Source of the DNA: a virus
Lineage: Duplodnaviria; Caudoviricetes
Direction: 5' to 3' (one strand)
Virus record (IMG/VR): IMGVR_UViG_3300027887_000028
Location: 1-38,207 of that record
Length of the DNA stretch: 38,207 nt
Positions 26,422 to 36,436 of the stretch are shown piece by piece. Position numbers and translations under genes: made by a program. The first letter of the stretch is position 1, and each line of letters starts with the position of its first letter. The notes under the pieces were generated by a model. The model searched no databases and was not told the DNA's origin. It saw nothing but the letters and a program-made list of their open reading frames with translations.

Positions 26422-28080
26422 TTACTTTTCGTAATGAAATTGATGTATCTTGCCAGTATTGACATCTAATGCCCTTTCTGATCCATCACCATTCTTTAGT
26501 ACTACTATTGTTGACTGAGCTGAATTACTTAAATCTTGGTCATACTCTACTGATTGTATCCCAGTACCGATATCGACACCTGTTCTTGTCTTGACCATAT
26601 GACGAAGTAATGCAGGATCAGTAAGTCTTCTTGTTTCAATATCTTGTGTTAACCACGGTGATACTTCTTTTATATGTTCTATCCCTCCACCTGGTGCATT
26701 TGATTCAAAGTCAATAATAGTACTCGCATTGATATTTGCAGGCATTAGTATTCTACCTTTCCATGAAGCACCCTTTCCCCATGATTTATTTGTGCCACCA
26801 GAAGAATATCCGGGATCAATTACCTTCTCATCTCTTATAAACTCCATATCAGTTAATACGTCTTCTGGAATTACTGGTCCTTCTGTTGCTACACCCATTC
26901 CAAGATTTTCTCCATTATTAAACATTATTTCTGTTTCAATATATAATGTTCCATTGATATTAACATAATCTACTACATTGGTTGCCTGAGCAGAAATATC
27001 ATACAAAAATGGTTTCTTCCCGTTTGATTTTGTATTTACAATTGCACCAGAGTCTTTACCATTTAATGTTGTCTGAGTTTTATATCTTTTAAATGTAGTA
27101 AATGCAACTGCTGGAGTTGATGCTGGAGCCGTACCTACATTTTCGGTTGCTTTCATTGGTGTATTTGAAAGAGGATCAATATTAGTTCTTTGGATATTTG
27201 GAAGTTCATTCATTATAAAGTTAGTATAAGGCATCCCTGCATTTCCGGATTGACCTGCTTTACTCCATTCGTATTCCATTTTCTGTACCCACTCTTCATC
27301 CCTACCAATAGTATTACGGTCATTACGTTTACTATTTTCTGCTTGTTTAGCATAAAATGTAAGTACATCAGGAAATAATGTTTTTTCATCTTTATGCGTT
27401 TCCATATAATTCTTGTACGTCTGATCCATAATAGCTCTATTATCTTCATCAGCATAATGAGCTTCTACTACCTGTCTTGCTTTTAATGGATTAACGGCAG
27501 TCCTTGTATAATATGTATGACTAATAGGATCAAGCTTTGTAGGGCCTTCCTCTGTTTCTATAAGATCACTCATTTCTTTAACAAGTTCTCCGGTAGTCTT
27601 TATCTTCGGATTAGAGAATACATATGGAGCAACATCACTACCAGGTTCAGAAGTTATATATTCATTATATCGATCCATCTCTTTCCTCAACTGACTTGGA
27701 GTTAATTTATCAGTGTTATTCCTTAGTCTTTCAAATTCCTGACTTACCTGAAGATCCCGGCGAAGAATATCATTATTTAAATACCGATCAGAAATATCAA
27801 GAAACTTCTGCATAGCATTAACATCAGTCTCAAAATTTGGATTTGCCACAACAAAATCAGCAAGTTCATTATTCAATCCTTTATAAAATTCATTTAGTTC
27901 ACCTTCTGTTCTTGGATTGGTTGCATGACCTTGTTTTAAAAGACCTGCATAATACTGCGTCTTACGTTCTTTTTCAGCACGAACATTAGCAGCATATTCT
28001 TCTCTTTGATATACCCTGTCAATATCTTTATCCCAGTCATTAGTCCAGGAAAGACCTTTCGATATTCCTAATTGTGGCAT
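26422..28080 (-). CDS. Putative ejection/cargo protein
   Basis: 552-aa ORF with charged helical N-terminal half, between the SLT-containing protein and the RNAP with 1-2 nt spacers. This matches the three-cargo-gene layout of crAss-like phages. Confidence 0.55.
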   Translation of the reverse strand: MPQLGISKGLSWTNDWDKDIDRVYQREEYAANVRAEKERKTQYYAGLLKQGHATNPRTEGELNEFYKGLNNELADFVVANPNFETDVNAMQKFLDISDRYLNNDILRRDLQVSQEFERLRNNTDKLTPSQLRKEMDRYNEYITSEPGSDVAPYVFSNPKIKTTGELVKEMSDLIETEEGPTKLDPISHTYYTRTAVNPLKARQVVEAHYADEDNRAIMDQTYKNYMETHKDEKTLFPDVLTFYAKQAENSKRNDRNTIGRDEEWVQKMEYEWSKAGQSGNAGMPYTNFIMNELPNIQRTNIDPLSNTPMKATENVGTAPASTPAVAFTTFKRYKTQTTLNGKDSGAIVNTKSNGKKPFLYDISAQATNVVDYVNINGTLYIETEIMFNNGENLGMGVATEGPVIPEDVLTDMEFIRDEKVIDPGYSSGGTNKSWGKGASWKGRILMPANINASTIIDFESNAPGGGIEHIKEVSPWLTQDIETRRLTDPALLRHMVKTRTGVDIGTGIQSVEYDQDLSNSAQSTIVVLKNGDGSERALDVNTGKIHQFHYEK

Positions 28081-28081
28081 A

Positions 28082-30163
28082 TTATGTTCTGTTTATTATA
28101 AATGAAGGAGAACTGGAACCAATCTTTTTCATTGCTTCCATTTCAGCTTTTAACTTTCTTGCACCAACAATATTTGATATACCGGCATTTAACAATCCTG
28201 CATTTACGTCTTGAAGTTCTCTCCAATTCTGCAATGCTATCTGTTGAACATTGAACTCCTGTTCTCCGATACCATAAGTTGTTCTTGCATATTCAGATTT
28301 CTTTCTTGCTTTTTCAGCAACATCAGATAATTCAATATCGAATTTTTTATTAATAGTAGTACTTAGTATTCCCTGAAGATTTGACATTAGTTCTGCAGAT
28401 CCACCTCCGCGATTGACAATAGCATTTGTAGTGTCACGCCTTGCTTTTTCTGCTTGTATCAACATTGCATCCTTGGCACCTGGTTCAAGACCATACTGAG
28501 CTTCTTTACGTTGTTCTGCAGCGAGTTTCTTTAATGAAGTGGATACATTGATATCAGGCATCTGTCCTGCTCTTATAGTTCCTGCAATTCCTGCACCTAC
28601 CTGTACGGCTCCTGCTATCTCTGGAAGATAATCGGAAAGTTTTGACATAAATGTTTCTTCTTCAGGATTCTGATTTCCCGGATATTCCTGTTGATATGCT
28701 GCTTTAGCATCATCCTCGCTTCCTTCATATTTACTCTGCCAGTCAGAAACATACTGTTCAATTGTAGGTTTCTTTGTGCCTTCTGCAAGTTTAGCACCTT
28801 TCTCTATCTTATTTTCTGCTTTCGGGGCAAGTTTATTGAGGTCAATACCATTATAAGAGAGAATACCAACTTCCTCTGGGGTAAATAATACTTCACCATC
28901 ACTTACCTTTACCTCGGTCCCAGGATAATTACGATTAGCATGTTCATTATCTTCCCATCCAAGATATTGTCTTCCAAGATCAATAGCTTTAACAGCATTC
29001 TCTGTAGGGACAATGAATGAACCATCCTCAACCTTCTTTGATATAGAATCAGATTTACCTGTCCCTGATCCAGATATAATACCACCTTCTGATTTCTTTG
29101 GTGTTCCTCCTCCTGCTATATATCCAAAATATCCTCTTTGCTTTTTAGTAAGAGGTTTACCATGAACATGACCGTCACGCATGATCTCTTTTGCTTTCTC
29201 TGTTGTAAGACCACCATGTTTATATCCAGTTCCGGATAATGCTTCTTCATATTGTCCTGCCCAGTTATTTGACCAGTCAATAGCTTCTTTTTCTCTTTCT
29301 TCTCTTCTTTTTTTCGCACCAATTATTGATTTAAGACCAGATGTTAATAGTCCAAGACCACCACCAACAGCTGCACCAATAGGTCCTGCTACAGCCATTC
29401 CTGTTCCAGCAGCTTTTAATGTAGTTCCTGCTACACTACCAACAACACTAAGAGAATCACGTTTCCTTTGATCAGAAAGAGGGTTATCACGGTAATCAGT
29501 TTCTTTTGGTGCCATAGAGTTTATTATTCCTGTAGTGGTATCTCCAAGAAGATCAAGTATCGATGCACCTAATTTTGATTTCTGTTCACTGGTAAGACCA
29601 CCTTCTGCCATCTTCTTTCCACCTCGTCTTAACTTCTTACCTCCACATTTTAATCCTTGTTTTTCAACTATTTTCATAATATCTGGATTTTGTCTTATAA
29701 CACTATCACGAAGATTTACTATTCTTTTGCCATAGACGGGATTCTTTTTCATGTCTATTGGTTCTTTGTTGGTATCAATACCGTACATAGTACCTTTTCC
29801 TTTTATTACACCATATCCATTCCATCCCTGGATAATATCTTCATCAGTTTTCTTTCCAAGTTTCTTGGCAAGTTTTATCTTATCTGCCAGGAACTTCATG
29901 GATTCATCTATAACATCTCCTTGTGGATTATAGTTCCCAAGCATAAATGGATTATGCATCTGGTCCTGTTTAAATCCTGTTTCCTGAAGATTTATTGCAA
30001 GTGCGGTAGCTGGATCAATACCATGCTTTTTAGCAGAGTCTACAACATATTTAATATATTCTTCAGGTATGCTTGCATGCATCCTGCTTGTCGATGCAAT
30101 AAGTTTTCCTGTAGCAGTATCAATAGTCCTTTTATCACGAAGTTTTATGGTTTTATCTGGCAT
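28082..30163 (-). CDS. Putative ejection/cargo protein with N-terminal lytic transglycosylase (lysozyme-like) domain and Gly-rich membrane segments
   Basis: AKKHGIDPATALAINLQETGF (catalytic-type E61), WNGYG and YGKRI follow SLT motif order. Also Gly/Ala-rich AAGTGMAVAGPIGAAVGGGLGLL, GTGKSDSI...VSDGEVL, and a coiled C-terminus. Confidence 0.75.
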   Translation of the reverse strand: MPDKTIKLRDKRTIDTATGKLIASTSRMHASIPEEYIKYVVDSAKKHGIDPATALAINLQETGFKQDQMHNPFMLGNYNPQGDVIDESMKFLADKIKLAKKLGKKTDEDIIQGWNGYGVIKGKGTMYGIDTNKEPIDMKKNPVYGKRIVNLRDSVIRQNPDIMKIVEKQGLKCGGKKLRRGGKKMAEGGLTSEQKSKLGASILDLLGDTTTGIINSMAPKETDYRDNPLSDQRKRDSLSVVGSVAGTTLKAAGTGMAVAGPIGAAVGGGLGLLTSGLKSIIGAKKRREEREKEAIDWSNNWAGQYEEALSGTGYKHGGLTTEKAKEIMRDGHVHGKPLTKKQRGYFGYIAGGGTPKKSEGGIISGSGTGKSDSISKKVEDGSFIVPTENAVKAIDLGRQYLGWEDNEHANRNYPGTEVKVSDGEVLFTPEEVGILSYNGIDLNKLAPKAENKIEKGAKLAEGTKKPTIEQYVSDWQSKYEGSEDDAKAAYQQEYPGNQNPEEETFMSKLSDYLPEIAGAVQVGAGIAGTIRAGQMPDINVSTSLKKLAAEQRKEAQYGLEPGAKDAMLIQAEKARRDTTNAIVNRGGGSAELMSNLQGILSTTINKKFDIELSDVAEKARKKSEYARTTYGIGEQEFNVQQIALQNWRELQDVNAGLLNAGISNIVGARKLKAEMEAMKKIGSSSPSFIINRT

Positions 30164-30164
30164 C

Positions 30165-33100
30165 TTAGTAAATTTTTCTTACCATTGATTTAAATTCAAA
30201 AAGTTCAACAGGATATGGTTCTACCATCTTAAATGTAATCTTTAGATACCCATCATTTATCCTTTCCCTTGATACTTTAGGAAAGTTACCAAACCACCTA
30301 CATTTTAGGTATTCATAATTGCGATTCTGTATAGTTAGTATTCCACCAGGATATGTTGATATGATTTCTTCAATATATTGATTTGAATTTTCATAGATAA
30401 TACTTGTAAACATGTTTGAATTACCAATCAGTTCAAAGATATCAAAGATCTTAGTAGTATTACTTGCTTCTTTTATTATTAGTGAAACATATGCCTGACT
30501 TACTGATTCAAAAAATGTATTATAACTTCCGGTACCATGAACATATACGTTTTGCAAATCAGACGTTACATGGAATAAATGATTTTTTGTTGTGATATAT
30601 GCACCGGGGTAGAAACTATATTTACCAGTAAATTTATTGAGTATTGTATTTACACCAATAGTATGTCTTGTTATAAGCATTCCCGGAATGATAAACGTAC
30701 TAAAAGCCATCTTTGATTCAGGATCATAACCACCAAAAAGTCCACCAGGCGTAATACTAAATGGATTATCATAAAGATCAAGATCATCAATGATATTATC
30801 TTTAAAGAACTTATCCATCCCTTTAAGAATAGAGTCTTTTGTTATCTGTAATCCAAAACTTACAGATAGATAAATCTTCCTTCTCGAGTCATACCAATGA
30901 TATCCAAGTGGTGATTCAATCAAACCAAACTGATGACTGTTCCCAAGTTTATCAACTAACTGGTCATACCTTTCAAATAATCCTCCAACACCAAGTTGTA
31001 CTGGTTCTCCAGTAGAATTTTGAGTAAGAGCCCTTTCTTGTAATGGAATATATCCTATTTCATCTGGTTGCCAGTAAATAAGTCTGTTCGATTTATATCT
31101 GATATTTGATATTGTTCCTTTATTTGGATCAAGATCGATATAGTCATTGGCAAGAAACCTACGGAAGTTATCCCTCATCTCTCCATAGTTCTTTTCAGGA
31201 CTGTACCTTATACGACTCAGAAATTCATTTGTAAGGGTATAGTGGAATGGTAATGGAAGATAAAGATCTCCTATATTATCTGTAGAGAATCCATCATTAT
31301 AACTATATTCTTCAAGTACAGTAGATCCTGTTTCAAGTTTTAGTCCACTTGTATTAAAAGCTGAATCAAAAGATCTTGTCTTTGAAAGATGATTACCTTC
31401 TCTCATTGCAATATTTATACGACTTTCAACAGGAAATATCATTCCATGACCAACAACATGCTGTGCAAGATCATAATTTTTATACAATCTTTTCATGTCA
31501 AAGAGTTGTACAAACGTATCACCTCCATAGACATCTATTTCATTGAATATATACCTTCCTCCACTGAGAACATCTGCAAGAACCGTTGGATTGATTTCTT
31601 GATAATGTCCTGTTGTCATATAAACAGTATTTGCAAATGATGAGTCAGATGATCCTCCATATGGATTTGAATTAGGCCGTTTTACAGCACAAAGCAAAGC
31701 CATAGGACTATCTTGTTGCGAAGCAAATGGAGATGGTGCTTTAAGATCAACAAGATCATCAGTGATATCAAGAATTAGTACTGAGTGATTATTTACGTAT
31801 CCTTTTGCAGCAATAGTAATTCCGGTAGCATATGATGCAGGATGATAAAGCTTTGTTGGATCAATAGGATTAATCTGTAAGTCATCATCACCAAGAACAA
31901 ATTTTGTTACTGCTGTTACTTTATGGGAAACACCAAGAGGACCATTTGTAGGGCAGATATCTGCTGGCAATGTCTCTCTTAAAAATTTCTGATAGAATTC
32001 AAATGTATCACATTCCTGTCTGCCTAATCCCTGATATCCGGAAGTTGTTTCTCCTCTGGCATATGGATCAAGATATACTATATTTTCAATTTCGTCATTT
32101 TCCTGTATAGAAAAATCTTTTAGATTAAATAGATCTTCAGGACAAAATAGATCATAACAACCAAAATAATTGTTTAGAAAACTTCCATAATTCCAAAATC
32201 CTGGGAATGCATAAACATCATTGTTATGAAGATATGTAGGAAGTAATACTCCCATTCCAATATACTGATGAATGATCGGTGAACGTACAATCATAAATCC
32301 ACCAATTTTATCTGCTACGTCAGTTATATCAAGATTGCTTATTTTTAAATGCTGTAGATTAGCAACTGCATTCTGATAATACCCATCTGTTCCAACATTA
32401 AACCATTGACTTAATGTTAACATCGGATTCGTGTTGCTTCTTTTTGGTATTACAGTATCGCAAGGTCCATAAGTAAGATTAGTATTGTAAAGATGCCTTA
32501 CAAAGAATGGCCGGCCTGTTTTATCAAAAAAAAGGACTCCTACGCGCACGGTTTCTCCCTGGGGATATGATTTATATGTCTTTGATACTTTATGCGATTT
32601 CCAGTCATAAAATTCATTTCCGAGCAATTCACATTTAAAAGAATAATTTGTGTTTATATCGGCTCCGGATATTCCACCAGCTTTAAGATATTTCTTTGTG
32701 ACAACACATGCCTGGAAGGTTCCTGAAATATAAGTAACTGTTCCAAGTGATTCACCAACATAAAATACATTATTTATCGGAACAGTTATATTTCCACCAC
32801 CATCATTCCATACTACCTGAGTAATTGCTTTGTACCATTGTCCTCTGCGAAGAAAATAATGTGATTCATCATAATCACAATTCCATACTCCATGAAGAGA
32901 TTTAACATCACCTCCATGAGTCATCTTGTCAAGATATCCAAACATATCAAGAGGGATATGTGATATACCAACTTGAATATCTGCTTGTAATGATGCCGGA
33001 TATGATAGTTCTGCTCTTTCGTCAATACAGGCAATTACATTTTGTTTTTTTGCAGTTACACTATCTTTTAGTTTTTCAATATTAAGCGTTGTTTCAATAA

Positions 33101-34004
33101 GATCATCAATGACTACCGTTCCTGCATTTTCAGTACCAATGAAAGAAACAGTCATGACTGCTCCAGTTATCTCACCATCATAGAATATAAATCCTGGTTC
33201 TGCAATATTGTAATCATTGGAATAAAAAGCACAGATCTGAATATTATCATAGTCGTTATCTATGTCTGATAGTTCAATGGTTATCTTATTTCCGGTATTG
33301 AAGTTTGGTGCAGATCCTTCATATCTCTGATACGCTTCATATCCTAATCCTGGAGTACCAAATGTAACTTGAATAGGATTCGTTATATATGACCAATCAG
33401 TATAATATCCATCATTGGTGTAATATCTCCATGCAAAGAAATACGTACCTGCTTTCAACGATCCTCCGGAAGTAATTGTAGTATTAGTTATTTCTCCATA
33501 GAGTTTATCAATAACAGGAACAAAATTCATAAATTTAGGATCCACCGTTACTGTACTTCCAAAAGGTCCCATGTTTAAACAACGTGGAGAATTATGCCAA
33601 TCTGACCAGTAAATCCTTTGAATATTTTCATTCTCATAAAAACCCCATATAGTACGAATAGGCCATTCAAATGACATATTCATATCAGAATTATTCATGG
33701 TGAGTTTTAGGATAACTGTTCCGATATTATTTAAAAGAGTTATTTCATGAATCTTGACAAGTTGTGATACAGTATTTAGCGTTATGACAAATAATCTGTC
33801 TTTGATAAGACAGTGTGCCATGTATCTATCATCAACGGGAAATCCGAAAGAAAGTGAATTTCCTTTAATATTACTCCACTTATAATATCCATTACCGTTG
33901 TCCGTGATAATACCGTTCAAACTATCACGCATGGTATTTTCAGGTTGATCATAGACATTATTGTCCAGGTGAACACCATCTTTTATTTTAGTGGATATTT
34001 CCAT
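30165..34004 (-). CDS. Tail stabilization / muzzle protein (crAss-like, P22 gp10-like position)
   Basis: 1279 aa, beta-rich. IYWSD..NSPR.LN, GGSLKAGTYFFAWRY, Y..GE..RVGVLF.D..G and GGDTF resemble crAss-like muzzle proteins. Follows the ring protein via a TAATG overlap. Confidence 0.8.
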   Translation of the reverse strand: MEISTKIKDGVHLDNNVYDQPENTMRDSLNGIITDNGNGYYKWSNIKGNSLSFGFPVDDRYMAHCLIKDRLFVITLNTVSQLVKIHEITLLNNIGTVILKLTMNNSDMNMSFEWPIRTIWGFYENENIQRIYWSDWHNSPRCLNMGPFGSTVTVDPKFMNFVPVIDKLYGEITNTTITSGGSLKAGTYFFAWRYYTNDGYYTDWSYITNPIQVTFGTPGLGYEAYQRYEGSAPNFNTGNKITIELSDIDNDYDNIQICAFYSNDYNIAEPGFIFYDGEITGAVMTVSFIGTENAGTVVIDDLIETTLNIEKLKDSVTAKKQNVIACIDERAELSYPASLQADIQVGISHIPLDMFGYLDKMTHGGDVKSLHGVWNCDYDESHYFLRRGQWYKAITQVVWNDGGGNITVPINNVFYVGESLGTVTYISGTFQACVVTKKYLKAGGISGADINTNYSFKCELLGNEFYDWKSHKVSKTYKSYPQGETVRVGVLFFDKTGRPFFVRHLYNTNLTYGPCDTVIPKRSNTNPMLTLSQWFNVGTDGYYQNAVANLQHLKISNLDITDVADKIGGFMIVRSPIIHQYIGMGVLLPTYLHNNDVYAFPGFWNYGSFLNNYFGCYDLFCPEDLFNLKDFSIQENDEIENIVYLDPYARGETTSGYQGLGRQECDTFEFYQKFLRETLPADICPTNGPLGVSHKVTAVTKFVLGDDDLQINPIDPTKLYHPASYATGITIAAKGYVNNHSVLILDITDDLVDLKAPSPFASQQDSPMALLCAVKRPNSNPYGGSSDSSFANTVYMTTGHYQEINPTVLADVLSGGRYIFNEIDVYGGDTFVQLFDMKRLYKNYDLAQHVVGHGMIFPVESRINIAMREGNHLSKTRSFDSAFNTSGLKLETGSTVLEEYSYNDGFSTDNIGDLYLPLPFHYTLTNEFLSRIRYSPEKNYGEMRDNFRRFLANDYIDLDPNKGTISNIRYKSNRLIYWQPDEIGYIPLQERALTQNSTGEPVQLGVGGLFERYDQLVDKLGNSHQFGLIESPLGYHWYDSRRKIYLSVSFGLQITKDSILKGMDKFFKDNIIDDLDLYDNPFSITPGGLFGGYDPESKMAFSTFIIPGMLITRHTIGVNTILNKFTGKYSFYPGAYITTKNHLFHVTSDLQNVYVHGTGSYNTFFESVSQAYVSLIIKEASNTTKIFDIFELIGNSNMFTSIIYENSNQYIEEIISTYPGGILTIQNRNYEYLKCRWFGNFPKVSRERINDGYLKITFKMVEPYPVELFEFKSMVRKIY

Positions 34005-34672
34005 TATTTCAAACTATCAACTGGAGATTCTTTTTGATCTTCTGCCCGAGCATTACGTATAGCAATATTATAATCACGTTTGTATTCATTAACCATCATT
34101 ATATCTGCATTCCTGGTTAACTTACTACTCTTGAAATTTTTGAACATATATTTTTTTGCCATCATATAGATTAGATATCTCTTTATAGCTTCAAGATGAC
34201 TATCATTAACAAGCCAGTATCCTTTCTGATCAGTTTCAATATAGAAATATAATACAGTTACATCCTGGGCATCATAGTCATCAACAAGTGAGATCTTATT
34301 TCCTATTTCCTCCCATAGAAGTTTATTTATTGAAGCATATGAAAGATCCTGCCATACATTTTCAAGATCATTTGTGTCATCAATATTCTCTACATGGATA
34401 GTAACCTGACCAAGATCTGCATATCTTAAATTAGTTTCAGATATAAAATCACCAAGAAATATCTTATAAACTTTATAACAGTCATCAGGCATATCAAGAG
34501 AAGAACCGGCTACATTAAGAAGAACTGATTTTAATGGATAACCATTTAATGAACCTATCTGTTTTTCAATATATTTTGCCCATTTGATAAGTTGATTCAT
34601 GTGTTTATTCATGCTATCATCAGTATCATCAATAGCATCTATTACTGCCTGTATGATTGATTGTTTTTTCAT
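34004..34672 (-). CDS. Tail tubular/ring (adaptor) protein
   Basis: 222 aa with WA...E..IG, .PDD, V.Y....TD..GY.L and EAI..Y. Size and position before the muzzle match crAss-like tail tubular proteins. Confidence 0.7.
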   Translation of the reverse strand: MKKQSIIQAVIDAIDDTDDSMNKHMNQLIKWAKYIEKQIGSLNGYPLKSVLLNVAGSSLDMPDDCYKVYKIFLGDFISETNLRYADLGQVTIHVENIDDTNDLENVWQDLSYASINKLLWEEIGNKISLVDDYDAQDVTVLYFYIETDQKGYWLVNDSHLEAIKRYLIYMMAKKYMFKNFKSSKLTRNADIMMVNEYKRDYNIAIRNARAEDQKESPVDSLK

Positions 34673-35055
34673 TTTCTTTTAGTCAAAGTATAGATAGCAT
34701 CTGTTTCTGTAAATTCAGCAATCTGTTTGAGTATTCGTTTATTTGGTCTATAGTTATATCCTTTATTTTTCATGTTTACTGAATCACAAACAGGAAGAAA
34801 GGTATAGCCAAATATCTTTGATGAATATGTAAATCTTTTTCTTAGTCTTGCCGGAATATCATTATAAAGAATACTTGCTAATTTGAAATTAAGTTCTTTT
34901 GCGGCACTGATAGGATAACCATTCATCATGGCAGGAATGGCAAAATGAAAGAACCGGTCCATAATAAACTTAATATCCGATAATTTCACTTTATCTTTTT
35001 TCCAAAGAAAGACAAACAGTTCTCTATTCAGCTGCCTGTTTTTTATTAGTTCCAC
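34669..35055 (-). CDS. Divergent HU/IHF-like basic protein
   Basis: Very basic 128 aa with FF.......NGYPI and C-terminal YRPNKRILKQI (cf. HU/IHF FxPxKxLK). Sits where crAss-like phages carry an IHF-like gene, between ring genes. Confidence 0.5.
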   Translation of the reverse strand: MELIKNRQLNRELFVFLWKKDKVKLSDIKFIMDRFFHFAIPAMMNGYPISAAKELNFKLASILYNDIPARLRKRFTYSSKIFGYTFLPVCDSVNMKNKGYNYRPNKRILKQIAEFTETDAIYTLTKRK

Positions 35056-35725
35056 TTTGTAATATTCTTAATTGATGTTTTGAATCATTTATGATATCAG
35101 AAATAGATTGCATATTCAGATTAAGGTCTTTAGTTACTATTTCAAGGACAATCTGTTGTGCAAGAGCAAGGTCAATAGGATAATCATCAGTGATAAGTCG
35201 ATCACGCATTGTTTTCGTAATAGGGTCAAGAACCTGAATATCCAATGGATTTTCTGCAATGATAAATGCTTGCATCTCCATTACTAAAGGATATAAGAAT
35301 AAATCATTCCCTACTCTTGCACACCAACCAAATTCACCCATTCTTGGTTCCTGGAAGGTAAGTTTTAGCATTAGATTGTCAAATGAGATCTGATCAAATG
35401 TAGTTATCCCGGATGATCCTGATATTCGTATCAGCGCCTGATCATCAGGTAATGATAAAAGACTTGGTATTGTTACTTTGCCAAGATCAATACTTGTAAA
35501 GTCAATGGAAGGATCATCAGCTGAATTTACTTTTGTTACCTTCTGTTTTCGTAATCGCTGGATCCATTCAGACTTTATCTGACCATTTTCCTGGTAATCT
35601 CTAAGAATATATATTGCCCTGTAAGCATTTGCTTTTTTAAGAATCCATAACTCATCGATGTCATGGTCATCTTCCAGAGCATTTTTTATCTCGAGCACAT
35701 CATATACCAAATCTTCTGCTAACAT
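35024..35725 (-). CDS. Ring/neck protein (crAss-like)
   Basis: 233 aa. LVYDV......DD.DI....I......YRA..I and DYPID..L...I...I resemble conserved crAss-like ring proteins; synteny ring-IHF-ring-muzzle. Confidence 0.65.
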   Translation of the reverse strand: MLAEDLVYDVLEIKNALEDDHDIDELWILKKANAYRAIYILRDYQENGQIKSEWIQRLRKQKVTKVNSADDPSIDFTSIDLGKVTIPSLLSLPDDQALIRISGSSGITTFDQISFDNLMLKLTFQEPRMGEFGWCARVGNDLFLYPLVMEMQAFIIAENPLDIQVLDPITKTMRDRLITDDYPIDLALAQQIVLEIVTKDLNLNMQSISDIINDSKHQLRILQSGTNKKQAAE

Positions 35726-35727
35726 AG

Positions 35728-36426
35728 TTAAGCAATTTTATTCCATTTGATCACGATAGTTCCTGTTGCAGTAAGATTGCCAGTATTATTAGCATTCCAG
35801 GTACCGGCTGAGTTAAGAAATACGTCTTTTACACTTGCTGCAACATTTAATGATATTCCTGCAACGTTGGCACGTAATAATGCTGTAGTTACCGCACCAC
35901 CCGCAGCTGCAGTAGGAACCGTCTGTCCTGTTAACCTATCTTCTGAGGTGGCTCCAACCGTACTAAGTAAAGCACTTGCTCCTGATGCAATTACAGAACC
36001 CAATCCAGTATCAGTATTCACCGCAGTACCAGCACAAGCCAAAGAAAGACTTTGATAGAATATATCTTCTATATGTGCTCCGGCAGGAAAAGCGGCGACT
36101 ATATTACCGACAGCCAGGGCTGCAGCGGCTCCTGCTAATGCTCCTACAATAAAGTTAGTAAGAGTAAGTACGGTTGTCATATCAATCCCATCACCATATT
36201 CTGTAATTGAAACAGTCCCAACAGGTGTGGTAACAAGAGGTGTCCGTACTTTAGTTCGTAATATTATATTATATCCATTTTCATCAATGAGATATACTTT
36301 TGTACCTTCAACTTCGAGAAATTGTTTTTGGTCCGCTCCTTCAATTCCCCATCTTACCTTACCTTTTGTAGTCTCAAAATCAATAAATGATTGAGTTTTG
36401 TTTGAACCTAATACTGGATCTTTCAT
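35728..36426 (-). CDS. Putative virion decoration/structural protein (Ala/Gly/Thr-rich beta protein)
   Basis: 232 aa, small-residue-rich, ending TATGTIVIKW; lies within the structural operon. Confidence 0.45.
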   Translation of the reverse strand: MKDPVLGSNKTQSFIDFETTKGKVRWGIEGADQKQFLEVEGTKVYLIDENGYNIILRTKVRTPLVTTPVGTVSITEYGDGIDMTTVLTLTNFIVGALAGAAAALAVGNIVAAFPAGAHIEDIFYQSLSLACAGTAVNTDTGLGSVIASGASALLSTVGATSEDRLTGQTVPTAAAGGAVTTALLRANVAGISLNVAASVKDVFLNSAGTWNANNTGNLTATGTIVIKWNKIA

Positions 36427-36436
36427 ATTTTTAGTT

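Noticed and set aside
2513-36055. Numerous 60-180 aa antisense or alternate-frame ORFs (e.g. 29657-30193, 20550-20969, 2513-2860)
   Set aside because: They lie almost entirely within longer genes with clear motifs and read as shadow ORFs or repeat-frame artefacts.
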